DNA of 64,000 bases, taken from positions 4,615,352 to 4,679,351 of the forward strand of contig CM119264.1 of the NCBI GenBank assembly GCA_051294375.1, written 5' to 3'. The position numbers were made by a program, and so were the translations under genes. Source of the stretch: Paraspadella gotoi. Taxonomy: Eukaryota > Animalia > Chaetognatha. Below the pieces are notes generated by a model. The model did no database searches and was not told where the DNA came from. It saw only the letters and a program-made list of their open reading frames with translations. How positions within the stretch are numbered: position 1 is the first letter of the stretch; every line of letters starts with the position of its first letter. This document shows, in pieces, positions 12,046 through 26,244 of this stretch.

Positions 12046-12420
12046 TCACACAAACGTGGGCCATGTTACGAGATCGTCTCTCCAACGCACGCCTTTTCCT
12101 CGACGAGACCTTCCGCTTTGGCGGCGACAACCTGCATCGTCGGCTGCGGGACTCTGCGTCGAAGACTCGGCCTCCGTGCTGCGGCGGCGGCGGCGGCAGA
12201 TGCTGCAGATCCGCGGCGGCGGCTTCGGCCTCCTCCTCGAAGGCGTCGATGGCCTCGCGGAAATCCTCGATTCGGACTCACGGGAAATCCTTGCCCGATG
12301 TGTCCGTGGCGAGTGGGTCGTTGGCGTAGTTGGCGTAGTCGTTGGCGTTGAAATTGTTGGCGTTGTCGTTATATTCGATCTATTCATAGAATTTGACCAC
12401 TCATTAACTTTTAATGACAT
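12046..12420 (-). CDS. Hypothetical small Thr/Ser/Arg-rich protein (124 aa)
   Basis: GC-rich island with ATG-to-stop ORF ending KGVRWRDDLV (RVxW-like PP1 docking motif); no recognised domain. Confidence 0.3.
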   Translation of the reverse strand: MSLKVNEWSNSMNRSNITTTPTISTPTTTPTTPTTHSPRTHRARISRESESRISARPSTPSRRRPKPPPRICSICRRRRRSTEAESSTQSPAADDAGCRRQSGRSRRGKGVRWRDDLVTWPTFV

Positions 12421-15108
12421 ATTAATGTGTTAATGACAATCTATTGTAGATTAATTGACTAAAAGACAGGCTCAGTGACATTCAGAAACACGGATCGTTT
12501 ATTTATTTATTTATTTATTATTATCATTCATCGTAAATAAGCATTAAACAATTGATCATCAATAATTATATTTACGTTAGTCGTCAAGAACTCGGAGAAG
12601 CCGACCCTCAAACAATTGGCGGAGGAATACAGGAGTAAAGAGGCAAAACGAATTCGACTTCCGAGCGAAAAACTTTACGAGAAGAAAAAAGAAGATGAAG
12701 GAAAGAAAGGAAGTTTGAGAAGCATCGTCACTTTGCCGAGTATTAAGAGTCGACAATCGGGAGATTCCAGGGCTTAAAGATTTACAATAATGTTTTTTTT
12801 ATCGTATTGAAAAATGATTTTAATAAGAATCTATAATGTGGCTTATAATAAATGAGTTAAATATGTCATTGCGTGACCCCATATCAGTTCAAGTTGATTC
12901 GGAAATAGTGACACAAGCTACTTTTTATTCCATAATGTTTAAAATACGAGACAGTTCATTATAATGGAAACTATCCGAGCTTTACTGAATTATTTTATTT
13001 CGGACTTGATGATTTCTTTAATATCTCTGATTAGACGACAGAGTAAGTTTTTCCTTTTCTTGATCCAAATTCCAGTCTTTATGTTTATCTTACCTTATAA
13101 ACGAATACAGTGATCTTTGCACAAAAATATTATTTAAACTCATTTGCATATTGCAGTAAATACAAAAACTAGTTTTGCTTTTCGTACAAAGTTCAATCTA
13201 GGTGGTTTTTTTTCAAATCTCCCACTTATTCTTTAAAAAAAAGTTCAAACGGTTGTTTTATAGTTCTATGGCGCCATGTGCAGACTTCCTTTTAAATCAT
13301 TTTACCCTTAGATCAAGCCCTAAGAGATTTTTTCAAAATTTTATTAATATTTGTAGTTTTTTCTCGTTCATTAATCTCATTTGCATATTGTCAAAGCACT
13401 TTCTATTGAAAGCGCGTGTTACTTTTGGGACTTATTCCCTCGTAACACTAGATTTTTTTAATGGAGCGTTGCTCTATTTTCCCAATATACGTATGTTGAA
13501 AATTTTTATTCATCCTATATTACTATTTATTAATTCTGTTATAAAAACCTTCAAGAAAGTAGTTGTAAAAAAAGGCTCATTGATTTATTGATTGGTTGAT
13601 TAATTGAATTTTTGATTGATAAACCATAATGAGGACGGCAAAGAGGTTCGTACAAAAGAGACTTGGCTTTTGGATTATGGAACCGAGGACCGAGGAGAGA
13701 AACTAACGGCGATGGGACATGGAGGAAATGTCAAAAGAGAGAAAGGCGAGTCTTGAAAAATGGAGTTTGGCCCTGGGCGACAATGGAAGAGGTTAAAGGG
13801 GGAAACCGATTGAAAACGAGGAAAGAAATCGTAGAAAGTGAAAGCAAAATAGAAACGGCCCTTCATTTCCTTTTTCTCCCCGTGACAACCTCACGTAATT
13901 CTATGCTGCTCGCATGATAAATGAGATTTCTACTAATTTCCTATCCCGGGTCATACATATGGACATTCCCGTAAAACTAGACAGGTATAAAACCTATCGT
14001 TCCCCAGAGAAAGTAGCCATTTAGAGCATCGATTCATGAGCAAGGTTAAAATCTCGTTTCCTATTGGCTACTCGAAGAAGCGTTTCTGGTTCTAATTCTT
14101 TCGCTATTGGTCCCAGCCTCGACGTCTCGTCCCCCACTCTGTCTTTTAATTGGTCGGTGGAGCGCTTTACGACGCAGCGTCGATCGTTGATTGGCTCTCT
14201 AATACGGAGGAGGAATTTGATTGGTCTTATTCTTCGCGGGAGGAAGCGGAGCACGTCCTCGTCGTGCAGGCTGTTTAAAAAAAATGCCACGAGCCATCGT
14301 CGCCTCTTTTTCCACCGATGACTACAAAACTGTTTCCTGACCTCTGTTCCAGTAATATAACAACAAAATTCCCTCGTTGCAAAGAAACGAACCTTTTCCA
14401 AATAATTTTTATCGCCGAAAAACAAATATAAGGTAAGTTTTAATTTCATGCCCGAGATTGGAATGATGTCCCGAGCGACCTGTGGTTTATGGATTTTGGT
14501 GTGCACCACTTCTGCTCTGGCGCGGGAACAGATTCGTTTTGTTGACTATTTCATAATCGATGTATAACCTATTTCTCGGAGTTTATTTGAAAAAATACCA
14601 TGAATACAATGAATGTTTTAAACACAACCAATGTTTAAATTTAAATGAATAGTTTCAATAAGCTTAGTTGGATCTAGTTTGGACTAAATCCAATCGATTA
14701 TGCGATGGTCATATATGGTCATATATGGTCATATCAAGGCTATTATAAAAGTACATTAAACCTAACGCTGTTTTATTTCCCAACTACAACGTAAAGATCT
14801 ACATCCACAAATTAAAACCGCATAAAACAAAATATTAAAAGGGTGAAAACCTTGTTTTTACAATTTAGATTCTTGTGCAGCGTTCGTCGAAAAAAATTAT
14901 GTTCATACGATTGAGTGGGTTTTTTTTTTGTTTTTTTTTCTGTTAATTTTGATGATGAGATGTAGTATAAAAATAATAGGTAAAAATTATGCCGAGATTC
15001 CGTAAAGTCTGTGACACTTGTGACACACTTGTGACACTTGTGACACACTTGACGCGTGACGTCCTCTCACGCCGCTCAACTCCCCCCCCCCGGCCCCGGC
15101 TCTCTCGG

Positions 15109-16145
15109 TCACGCCGTCCCGAGAAACTTCCGGCACTGTTCCGAGTACAAAGCGACGTCGTTTCGATCCAGACGCGAATTCGACGCCGACCGGAAGTTGA
15201 CACCGCGCGCGTCGACGCCGGACGCCGATAGGCGCCGGACGAGATCGGCGAGATGATCTTTGATGTCGAGACTCGAGTAGAGAAATAGTTGAGAAAATCG
15301 AAGCGGCGCTCGTTCGAGGCGTCGAATCCACGGAGGATCGGCGTCGTGCGTTGCCGGTTCGCCGAGAGATGTCGGCGGACGGGGCCGAGAGAATCGAGAG
15401 ACGACGCCGCCGACGCCGGTAGAGACGAAAGCGGCGACGAGGAGTTTGACGAAGCCGAAAACCGCGACCCCGAAATCGAAGAGAAAACGAAAGAAGAAAT
15501 TCGATCTTTTGACGTCGACGACGTTTGACGTCTTCGTGTCACGTGACCGGAAATTCTCTCGGTGCCGGAATTTCTCCTCTTCCTCCTCCACTCGCCAATC
15601 GTCCGATCCGGTGTCGATAACGACGCCGCGAATCCTCAACGACGCCGCTTCAGTTTCCGGCGTCACTTTTTCCCGTCGCCATCGTCGATCGTCCCCGCGC
15701 GTCAATCCTCTCGGCGCCAGACTCCGAAAACCGGCGTCGAGGACTTCGGAGGCGGAGCGTTCGCGGGCGAGACCTGGGGGCGTGGCTGGAGCATCGTCGT
15801 CGTCGACGCCTTCTGCTTCTTTCAAGAGTCCAACGACTCGACGAAAGACTTGAAGACCCGATGGAGAGAAGACGTGGAAGAAGATTGGGTTCGTCTCGAG
15901 ACTCACGTCGAAGATGATCTGCAGCAACTTCTCGCCGATGGAGTCGTCGGCGAAGGATGAAGACGACGACGACAGAGAATTTGCGGCGAAGGAGTCGAGC
16001 TGCGGCGGAGGAACGAGTTGGATCGTGATACAACAGAGGGGTTCCCAAATTGCTGTTGAGGATAGAAAGGGAGGAAAGGAGGAAAGAAAATATGAGTGTG
16101 AAAGAAAGGAAGGAATAGTGTTGCGTTTGAGACGGCCTATGGTCT

Positions 16146-16185
<40 letters not shown>

Positions 16186-16262
16186 AAAGAAAGAAAATAA
16201 AAATTAAAAGAAAGAAAGAAGAATATAAAGAGAGAAAAAAGAAAATAAAAGAAAGAAGAAAA

Positions 16263-16293
<31 letters not shown>

Positions 16294-16357
16294 ATAAAAA
16301 TTAAAAGAAGGAAAGAAGATATAAAGAGAAGAAAAAAGAAAATAAAAAGAAAGAAAA

Positions 16358-16406
<49 letters not shown>

Positions 16407-16928
16407 AATAAAGAAATAAAGAAAGAAATCGAGAAAGAAAAAAGTACAAATAGAATTAAGAAAGAAGGAAAGCGAGAGAAAAAAAAAAGGAAGGAAAACA
16501 TTAAAATAAGACATAAAACGAAACGAGAAAAAATAAAAACAAAAGACGAAACCAAAAAAAAAACAAAAAACAAAACGATAAAAAAAGATGACGGGATCCG
16601 CCTACCCCTCCTTCCCCCCCCCCCCACCCAAACCTGCGCCAATTTCCGCCAAATCCTTCTCGTCACAACCGCGCCATCCCAACATGACCACCACGGGTTC
16701 CTCGTTGCCGACTTCCTCTCCCGCCGCGCCGGCGCAGTGCTCCACGTCCCGGCGCCGCAAATCGACGCCGCCACGCCCCCTTCTTCCGGCGCCGTCGCTG
16801 ATCTTGGACGGAAACGTCAACGTGTATTCGATGTCGTCTTCGTCTTCGTCGTCGCTGACTTCGTCGTCGGCGTCGTCGTCGTCGTGAACGGAACGAAGGC
16901 GTGGGGGGAAGTTTATTGGCGTCGCCAT
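15109..16928 (-). CDS. TMEM53: Transmembrane protein 53 (DUF829 alpha/beta-hydrolase-like), ~412 aa
   Basis: Exon 1 16928-16634 (DIEYTLTFP...EEPVVVMLGWRGCDEKDLAEIG; donor CAG|GTTTGG); exon 2 16052-15109 (acceptor CAACAG; AIWEPLCCITIQ...LLQIIFDVSLETNPIFFHVFSPSG...IRGVVIDT...QLFLYSSLD). Phase-1 join is consistent and the motifs parallel human TMEM53 as recalled. Confidence 0.9.
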
Positions 16929-18954
16929 GACGACGGCGACGATGACGATGAAAGAATGAAGACGACGAAGATAATGACAACGATGTAGACGATGACGATG
17001 AAGATAATGACGACAACGATGTCGACGACGACGATGAAGAAGACGACGAATATGGAAGCGACGATGAAGACGACGATGAAGAGAACGACGACGATAACGA
17101 CGACTATTTGAGGAAGGGAGGCGATGGAATGAGATTTGACTGTTTCGCCCCGCAGCGAGAATTGCCAATTCCGCAAGAGAAATTTAGCTTCGCGCCTCGA
17201 AATTCTTTCTCACGAAATCAGGAGATAAATGAGTTTGAGTTTAAAATTAGACTAAAAAAAAAATTCGATTGGGAAAATTTCCTTTTCGAGATTGAAAAAA
17301 GAATTTTGTCATTTTGTGGCTGAGAGTTTCTTGGCGGGAAATCTTTGTAACAAGATAGAGATAAACGATTCTACAGTGCAACCCATTGTCGAGTGAAAGC
17401 AACGCGTTTTAACGAGCTCCCTGTAGTTTTTTCTTGCTTTTTCTTTTTTTAAATTGAAACTCGTTAAAACGAAAGTTTCACTGAGAAAAAGTGTGACACA
17501 AAAACGGAGATTAGACTCCACTCTTTTTTTCAATACATTGAAATGTAATTCGTAACGCATTCAGTATAACACACGAATTCGTCAGGGATTTTTTTTTCGT
17601 CCCATCAAACGGAATTTCTTTCTTTCCTTTCAAAAGTGAAATAGAAGACTCTCTATTTCTCTCCCACTTTTTCTTTCTCTCTCTGACGTTTGTTTGTTTA
17701 CATTTTATTGTCTGACGCGTTAAGCAAAACAGGTTCCGCCTTCCTGGGCACAATTGGGCAAATAAAACGGGACGAAAAAAAACATTTCGATCGGAATATG
17801 TTTTTTTCAAACAAACAATTTCTCTTCAATTCAGTTTCGAGACGGAAGAGAGTCTTGTCTTGTCTTAACAAACAAACGATGAGTCACGAACAATAATTAT
17901 CTTAGCGACAGAAAAAAATTATAATCTCTACTTCTTTTGATCGGGTTAGAAAAAGTGAAATAGTGTAAGCGAAAAAAAGTGAGTGATATTCATTAATTTC
18001 TAGTTAATTCGATACAAAGGTAAGTCGAGGTTTGCTAAAAAACGAGAAATCCTTGTGATGGGACTTTTTTTTATTCTGCTATGGTGCTTCGGAACCATTT
18101 CTCTCGAAAGATTCCGGAAAGATCCTTTGGGTTAATCCGCGATGTTCCGAACGAGTGTGAAGACTCGTCGTCGTCGTCGTTTTCGTCTTCCTCTGCATCT
18201 TCTTCCTCCTCCCTCTTCCTCAAAACAAAGAGAATTCCCTGTTGGTCATCGCCATCTGCTCCACGAATCTCGTCATTTCCGAGTGAACTTTGCAGGCGCG
18301 AGGCTGGCGAGTCCAGGCGAGACTAGAGGGCGCCTCACGACGCCACCATCCTGTATTTGGGGCGGGAGGGAGTCGGGGATGGCGTGGAAAATGGGGAGGG
18401 AGGGGAGAGAGTGAGAGAGAGAGAGAGAAAGTAGGGAAAAGGGATGAGGTGAAGGGAAGAATGAGAAGAAAGAATATGAGAAAACGAAGATCCCGTTATT
18501 GGCCAACATACTATATGGTGTTATATATTCCTTGTGTTACGCGCGGGTTTATTTGGCGGCACCGCTAAAAATTGGGTCGACGACGTACAAGAAAACAACA
18601 ACAACAACAAAATAACAACATTCGCTCCCTTTTACTTCGGCCCCAAAAAGTTTTTTTTATATTCGTTTCTTTTTTGAGACTGAAGTCAGTTCTCACGCAG
18701 GAGGAGAAAGAAAGAATGTCGTTGGGAGGTAATAACCAAAATAAATCAGTTTTTTTTTGGAGGTAGGTGTGGATGGAGAGAAGGGGGAGGCTGTAGAAAG
18801 GGAAGGGGGCTGTAGAAGGGGAGGGAGGATGTGTAAAAGGGGGCGGCGCCTCGAGTCGCTCGTGCAAAGAAGAGGCGGCGCGCGGTGGAAGAAAAGAACC
18901 TTTTTTTTCCGCTCGAGAATTTCGCTTTTTTTAGTCCTCTTAGTTTCTTCTCTG

Positions 18955-18986
<32 letters not shown>

Positions 18987-20631
18987 GTCTCATCTCTCTC
19001 TCTCTCTCTCTCTCCTCCGTTACCACATTCTAAAATTCTTTGTCGCCAAAGTGAATATCTCTCTTCCCTATCTCTCGACTTTCCCTCGAAGCTATCTTCT
19101 CTATCTCTCTCTTTCTTTACTCTTTACATCTCTCCTCCCTCTCTCTCTGTTCTCTTCTTCTCTTCCTTCCCTCCACCTTCCTCTTTCTTTCCCCTTCTTT
19201 CCCTCCCCTAAATCTCCATCCTCCTTCCTCCTCCTCCCTCTTTTCTCCCTCCCCTCCTCTTTAACTTCCTCCCTTCAGCCCTTCTTCATCTTCTCTCTCT
19301 CCCTTCCCCTGTCCATCTTTCTTCCTCCCTCTCCTCTTCTCATTCCTCCTCTCTTCTTCCTTCCTCCCCTCTTCTCTCATTCCCTCTCTTCCTTCTCCTC
19401 CCCTCTTCTCATTTCCTCCTCTCCTTCTTCTTCCCCCCTCTTCTCTATTCCTCCTCTCCTTCTTCCTCCCCCTATTCCCCATTCCTCCTCTCCTTCTTCC
19501 TCCCCTCCCCCTCTCTCCCTCCACCCTTCCCCCCTCTTCCCTTCGTAAACCCCCTCGGATTTACAGATGGTGTTTACTCCCTCATTTCCCGCCAATTCCG
19601 CGCCTTCAGGCTTAAACCATAACCTCGTCAAAAAGCCTTAAAAGCTCTCGTTTGCTCTCATCTCGCTCTCGCTATCGCTCTCGCTTTCGTTCTCGCTTCT
19701 CCGCACTCGCTAATTTTTTCATCAGTTCTTTGAATGTTCCTCCTATTTTTTTTTTTGTATTTCCGCTCCTTTTTTTCATCGGGTCGTTTCGTTATTTAAT
19801 GTTGTCTTAGTGTATATGTCTACTTGATTATTGGACAGCGTTATTTCAAATATTTTGCTGACCGCGATAATGATTATTACTCCCAGCCGAGTGACCCTAA
19901 TTATCCAGTGCGAGCCCTTCTCTAAGAATCTCGATTAAATTGTAACCGACATCTCTCGGTTCTTCACATCATTAATCAACTAAATATCATAAACTTTGAG
20001 CTCTCACGAGGTCGACAGTCGAATGTTCGACATTGAGCAAAGATCGGCCAGTCGAACAAAATTGACGCCGCCCGCCCCCTCAAATGTTGGGCCGCAACCG
20101 CTGCCCGGCCAGGCTGCCAGCACAGCAGCAGCAAACCGCTGGCGCTGACCCATCCATTCGACGAATCGAACATCCGAAATGAGCTCATCAGCGTCGAAGC
20201 GGAAGTCAAACCCCCTCCTTACCCTCCCTTCCTTACCCTACCCTAACTTAGCCCTCCCTTCATTACCCTCCTTACTTACCCTCCCGCCACCCCCTTTTTT
20301 TCCCGGGAGACGCCTAATTTCACGCGACGCGTCTCCCCGTGAGACTCGTTCCGTCGAACTAAATCGATTCCCCTCGCTAAACCCCTTTTTCCTCTTTGCC
20401 CAATTGGAGCTTTCCACACACACCTGGACTCTCTCTCTCTCCTCTTTTCTCTCTCATCTCTCTCTCTTCTTCTCTCTCTCTCTCTCTCCCTCTCTCCCTC
20501 GTCTCGTCTACTCTCTCCTTCCATTGGAGACTTTCACAACACAGCACTGGACCTCTTCTTCCTTCTCTCTCCTCTCATCTCTCTCTCTTTTCTATCTCTC
20601 TCATCTTTATCACCTTCTCTCTCTCTCTCCT

Positions 20632-20663
<32 letters not shown>

Positions 20664-23487
20664 ACCTTCATCTCTCTCTCTCCTCTTTATCACCTTTCGC
20701 TTTCCTCTCTCTCTCTCTCTCTCCCCTCTTCTCTCCCTCTCTCCCTCTCTTTCAACAATTCACACAAATCCACACAAAAACACACACAAAACTTTCTCTC
20801 TCTCCATCCTCTCTTCTCCCTCTCTCCCTCTCTTCCTTCTCCTCTCTCTCATCCCTCTCCTCCCTTCTCTCCTCCTTTCTCCTTCCCTTCTCCCGCTTCT
20901 TTTTCTCTCTCTCCTCTTTCCTCTCTCTCTCTTTTTAAAATCAAAACCTTTCCCTCCCCCCTTCTTTTCTTTACCTCTCCCTCCTCTTTATTCACTTCCT
21001 CCTTTCTTCTCTCTTCCTCCCTCTCCTTCTCTCTCTCTCCCATCTCTTCTCTTCTCCTCTCTCTCTCCTTCCAGAGAAACTTTCCCCTCACACACACAAC
21101 ACAACAACCACTGGGAACTCTTCCCCCTCTCCCTCCTCTTCTCCTCTCTTCCTTTCTTTCCCTAATCTCTTCTTCTCTTTAATCCCACCCTTCCTCTCCT
21201 CTCTCCTCCCTCTCTTTCCCCTTCTCCTCCTCTCTTCTCCCGTCTTTTAATTATCCACCCTTCTTCTTCTCCTCCCTCCCTTTATAATCAACTCTCCTTT
21301 CTTTCCCTCTTCTTCTCTCCTCTCTCTCCCTCTCTCTCCAAACCCCTTCGCCTCTCCTCCCGGTCCCTCCCCTCCCTCCTTCCTTCCTCCCCCCCTCCTC
21401 TCTCTCCCCTCTCTCTCTCTTCCTTTTTTCAAACTTTCCTTTTTGTTTTCTCTCCTTTTTCATCCACTTTTTCTTCTCCTCTCTCTCCCTCCATCCCTCC
21501 CTCCTCGCTTTTTTCACCCCCTCCTCCCCTCCCTCCCTCCACACCTCCCTCCTCCCTCCTCCTCCCTCCTCCTCCTCCGTCCCTTCCCTCTTCCTCACTT
21601 CCCTCCTTTCCCCTCTTTAAAAATATTCACCCCCTTCCTCGCCTCCTCCTCCCCTTTTTAAATTTCAAATATCAAAATAATCAACACTCACTTCTCCTTT
21701 TTTCCCCTCTCCCCTCCCTCTTTCCCTTTCCCCATCCTCTCTTCCCTTCTTCCCCTCTCTCTCCCCTCCCTCCTTTTCCCTCTCTCCATTCTCTTCTTCT
21801 CTCTCTCTTCTACCCCGCGCGTCCTTCTCCCCTCCTCCTCTCCCTCCCTCCTTTTCTTTCTTCTTTTTCTTTCTCCTCCTTCCTCTCCTTCTCTTCCTCT
21901 CCTCCTTTCCCTTCTTCTCTCCTCTCCCTCCTCCCTCTTCCTCTCCCTCCTCCCTCTCTCTCTCTCCTTCCTCCTCCCTCCTCTCCCCCTCCTTTCCTTC
22001 TCTCTCCCTCTCCTCTCCCCTCTCTCCTCTCTCCTCTTCTCCTTCTCTCTCTTTCTTCCCTCTTTCTCCCTCCTTCCCTCTTCCCCGCCCCCTTTCCCCC
22101 CCACCATAATCCTTCTGGGCGCCCCTTCCCGCCTCTTTGGTTTTTCCTTTTCCCTAAAAATCCTTTTTTCTGTCAATATAAGATTAATCCATTATATATA
22201 AAATTGTTTTTTAACCACTCTTTGTTTTTTACTTTTCCTAATTTCCTCGTAAACTCGCCCCTTCTTCCTTCTTTTTCCCCTCCTTTTCCCACCCCCCCCC
22301 CTTTGGCGCTTCTGTGCTTTTTTTTAAATAAACCCTAATATATTTTGTGCAAACGCCCGGTGGGTCCTGGGTGTCCGTCTTTTTTTTTTTTTGTTTTGTG
22401 GGTCGTTGTTTTGGTGATGGGATTTTTTTCCTTTGTTGGTCAAAAAAAAAAACTGTTCTGAGGTTTGGTGGTTTTTGTTTGTGTTGGGTTGTGGGTCCCT
22501 CCTCCTTCTTTCCTTCCGTCTCTCCCCTTCTTCCTCCCTCTTCCTCTCCTTCTCCCTTTCCTTTTTCCTCTCTTTCTTTCCCTCCTTCCCTCTCTCTCTC
22601 TCCTTCTTCCCTTTCTCTCTCCCCTCCTTCTCTCTCTCCCCTCAAATTTGTGGTTGTAAAGTCCAGCCGTCCCTCAAATGTTATAAGTAAAATGTTGGGT
22701 TTTTAATTGTTTGGGAATTAAATCAAATCCCTCACTCTTTTTTTCCCTTTTTTTATCCACCTTATTCGGGGTTTTGTGGGTCCCCAACCTCATGTCAGGT
22801 TTAAATTGAAGAGAAAGCTTTGAATTGTGGTGAGTTCTCGCTCCTGTTTGGTTTTTGTGGTTTTTTTCCTCCTTTCCTTTTCCTGTGGTCAACCCCTTTG
22901 CAAAGTAGTTTGATTGTGGATCCTCCCCGGTCAGGACTTTTCGTTACAGTTGGGTTTTGCCTTTCGTCCCCCGGACCAAGAAATCCGCGTATTTTGTATT
23001 TTTCTTGTGTGGGGAGCTTAGCTTCCCTCCTTTTTTTTGTGTGGAAGCTTCCTTTTTCCTCAAAACGATTTCTCGAATACAACACAAATCCAACATCACA
23101 TTAGCAACAAACCGACCGTGGAGTCGACCCTATTTTTTTTTTCTTTTTCACGCTCAAAGCGCCACAAACCCACCTTTTCAAAAAATAAATAACATCGGAG
23201 TTTACCTTTTTCACTGTTTATAAATTAATTAATTAATTAATATATTATATATTATATATAATAATTAAAATAATTAGTAAAACCTTAGTAAATCCATTTA
23301 CTAAGTCCAAAAAAAGAATAGACCAACACTTATTCCCTAATCAATACTATAAAAATTAATTAGTAAAAAAACTAAGAAAATATAACCAGGCCCTCCTTTC
23401 CCTGAAAAACTAAAACAACTGGTTTGTTAACCCGCCCGGAAGGTTTTTCCCTTTTCCTCCACCCTCTCCCTTTGTGGTCCCCCCCAC

Positions 23488-23512
23488 NNNNNNNNNNNNN
23501 NNNNNNNNNNNN
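23488..23512. other. Assembly gap (25 N)
   Basis: 25 Ns flanked by noisy duplicated sequence. Confidence 1.
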
Positions 23513-23548
<36 letters not shown>

Positions 23549-24604
23549 CCACATTCTAAAAAATTCTTTGTCGCCAAAGTGAATATCTCTCTTCCCTATC
23601 TCTCGACTTTCCCCTCGAAGCTTATCTTCCTCTAATCTCTCAAATCTTTTTCTTTATACTTTTACATCTCTCCTCCCTCTCTCTCTGTTCTCTTCTTCTC
23701 TTCCTTCCCTCCACCTTCCTCTTTCTTTCCCCTTCTTTCCCTCCCCTAAATCTCCATCCTCCTTCCTCCTCCTCCCTCTTTTCTCCCTCCCCTCCTCTTT
23801 AACTTCCTCCCTTCAGCCCCTTCTTCATCTTCTCTCTCTCCCTTCCCCTGTCCATCTTTCTTCCTCCCTCTCCTCTTCTCATTCCTCCTCTCTTCTTCTT
23901 CCCCCCTCTTCTCTATTCCCTCTCTTCCTTCTTCCTCCCCTCTTCTCATTCCTCCTCTCCTTCTTCTCCCCCCTCTTCTCTATTCCTCCTCTCCTTCTTC
24001 CTCCCCCTATTCCCCATTCCTCCTCTCCTTCTTCCTCCCCTCCCCTCTCTCCCTCCACCCTTCCCCCCTCTTCCCTTCGTAAACCCCCTCGGATTTACCA
24101 GATGGTGTTTACTCCCTCATTTCCCGCCAATTCCGCGCCTTCAGGCTTAAACCATAACCTCGTCAAAAAGCCTTAAAAGCTCTCGTTTGCTCTCATCTCG
24201 CTCTCGCTATCGCTCTCGCTTTCGTCTCGCTCTCGCACTCGCTAATTTTTTCATCAGTTCATTGAATGTTCCTCTAATTTTTTTTTTGTATTTTCCCTCC
24301 TTTTTTTCATCGGGTCGTTTCGTTATTTAATGTTGTCTTAAGTGTATTGTCTACTTGTTATTGACAGCGTTATTTCAAATATTTTGCTGACCGCGATAAT
24401 GATTATTACTCCCAGCCGAGTGACCCTAATTATCCAGTGCGAAGCCCTTCTCTAAGAATCTCGATTAAATTGTAACCGACATCTCTCGGTTCTCACATCA
24501 TTATCACTAAATATCATAAACTTTGAGCTCTCACGAGGTCGACAGTCGAATGTTCGACATTGAGCAAAGATCGGCCAGTCGAACAAAATTGACGCCGCCC
24601 CCCC
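23513..24604 (+). repeat. Third copy of ~18955-20078
   Basis: CGTTACCACATTCTAAAA...GAACAAAATTGACGCCGCCC collinear with 19018-20073; then joins the start of the large duplicate. Confidence 0.9.
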
Positions 24605-24619
24605 CCGTAAGAGAGGATT

Positions 24620-25547
24620 TCAGAGGACTTTTCCCTTGTTTAGGAACCTGGCAACAATCGACTGATAATGAGGAGGAGGAGGGAGGAGGAGGAGGAGGAG
24701 GAGGAGGAGGAAGATTATAATCTCTGACGTTAAAGAAGCTGACGAGAAAGTTGAAAGTTGAAACAAAGAAGATGATGATAATGATTGATGACAGTGATAA
24801 TGAAATGAGGGTTGTTGATGTTGATGTTGATGATGATGATGATGAACGGTGATGATGATGATGATGATTAGGATGATGATGATATGATGAAGATGATTTG
24901 ATGATGAGGATATGATTCTAATGATGATGATGATCATGATGATCATGGATGAATCATGTAAGCGATCGAGTGACGTGGGAAGAACGACGAGGACAACGAA
25001 CGACGAGACGACAACAAACACAAAACACAACAACAAGAATGTATCATCGAAAAAATGAAAAGGATGAAGAGGAGAAAATACTGAGTCATTTATATGCGGA
25101 TGAAACCGCGGGATGGAAAAAGGCGACGGCCGCTGAAAATGGCGCCTTTCGCGGGGAGGTGGACGAGGGGGAAGCGGCCGCCCGACGCCGCCTTGGCGAA
25201 TCGCGGCGCCGCTAGCGGAATCGGCAGAAGCTGAAGGGAAAAAAAAGAAAACGAATAAAGAAAAAGAATGAAAAATATATAAAGAATTATATAGTGACTT
25301 GGAACGGACAATAAAGGGGCAGACAGATCTACTACAATGTTCAAATTTTAGAGTGCTAGATATAGTGGGATGAATGTATTTTGTACATATGCAATTAGTT
25401 TATGCCTTACAACAACTCATGCTTACACACTTTTTTTTGGATTACGAAAGTAGAAATTTTTTTTGTTCTGGAAAGATCGAGATTTTGAAGCGGAATTTGG
25501 ATTCGATCTCACACGAGAAGAGAGAGGAAGAGAGAGGCAGAGAGAGA

Positions 25548-25641
<94 letters not shown>

Positions 25642-26188
25642 GAGAGAAAGATAAGGGCGCATATTTCGAAGTCCTCCATTTGGGCGTGAAATTGAAATGT
25701 CTCTGGGTTGAAGAAAAAAAAACGAGACTTTTTTAAAAAAAATGGGGATTTTTTCTTCTTTTTAAAAAGAGATTCATCGGGAGTCGTTGTTGTTGTTGTT
25801 GCCTCATGTTTTAAGTTACGCTTCGTCTCTTTGTTATTTCGTTATGTTTCTTTTACTTTTCTTTTTCGGCCGGAGATTTTTGCCTTCGTCCATTGCGAGT
25901 TTCCTTGCTAGGTCACCTCACACAGGCTCACATCGATACCACCACATTTTTTTTCGTTTTCCTACTATTTTTTTTTAATGTTTGTTTGTATCATTGCAAA
26001 ATGTAATCGCCTTTTCATCTATTCCAGCAGTCAGTCTGTCAGTCTGTCTGTCATCTAAACGCCCCCACCTTTTCTCTTGCCTCAACAACCCTGTCACCGT
26101 TAGTAATCTCATAACGAAAATCATATTCATTAAACGAGGGAAGATAATTTGGGCTTCTGCAGGGAAGAAAGAGAGAAAGAGAGAGAGA

Positions 26189-26244
<56 letters not shown>

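Noticed and set aside
14021-14509. 162-aa ORF and exon-like GC islands at 8100-8870 and 9630-9770
   Set aside because: No recognisable domain or consistent splice-phase model; left uncalled.
18757-22706. Long Leu/Ser/Pro- or Arg/Glu-rich ORFs
   Set aside because: Stop-free translations of CT/GA low-complexity and noisy sequence; the same holds for the many RERE/SLSL ORFs elsewhere.
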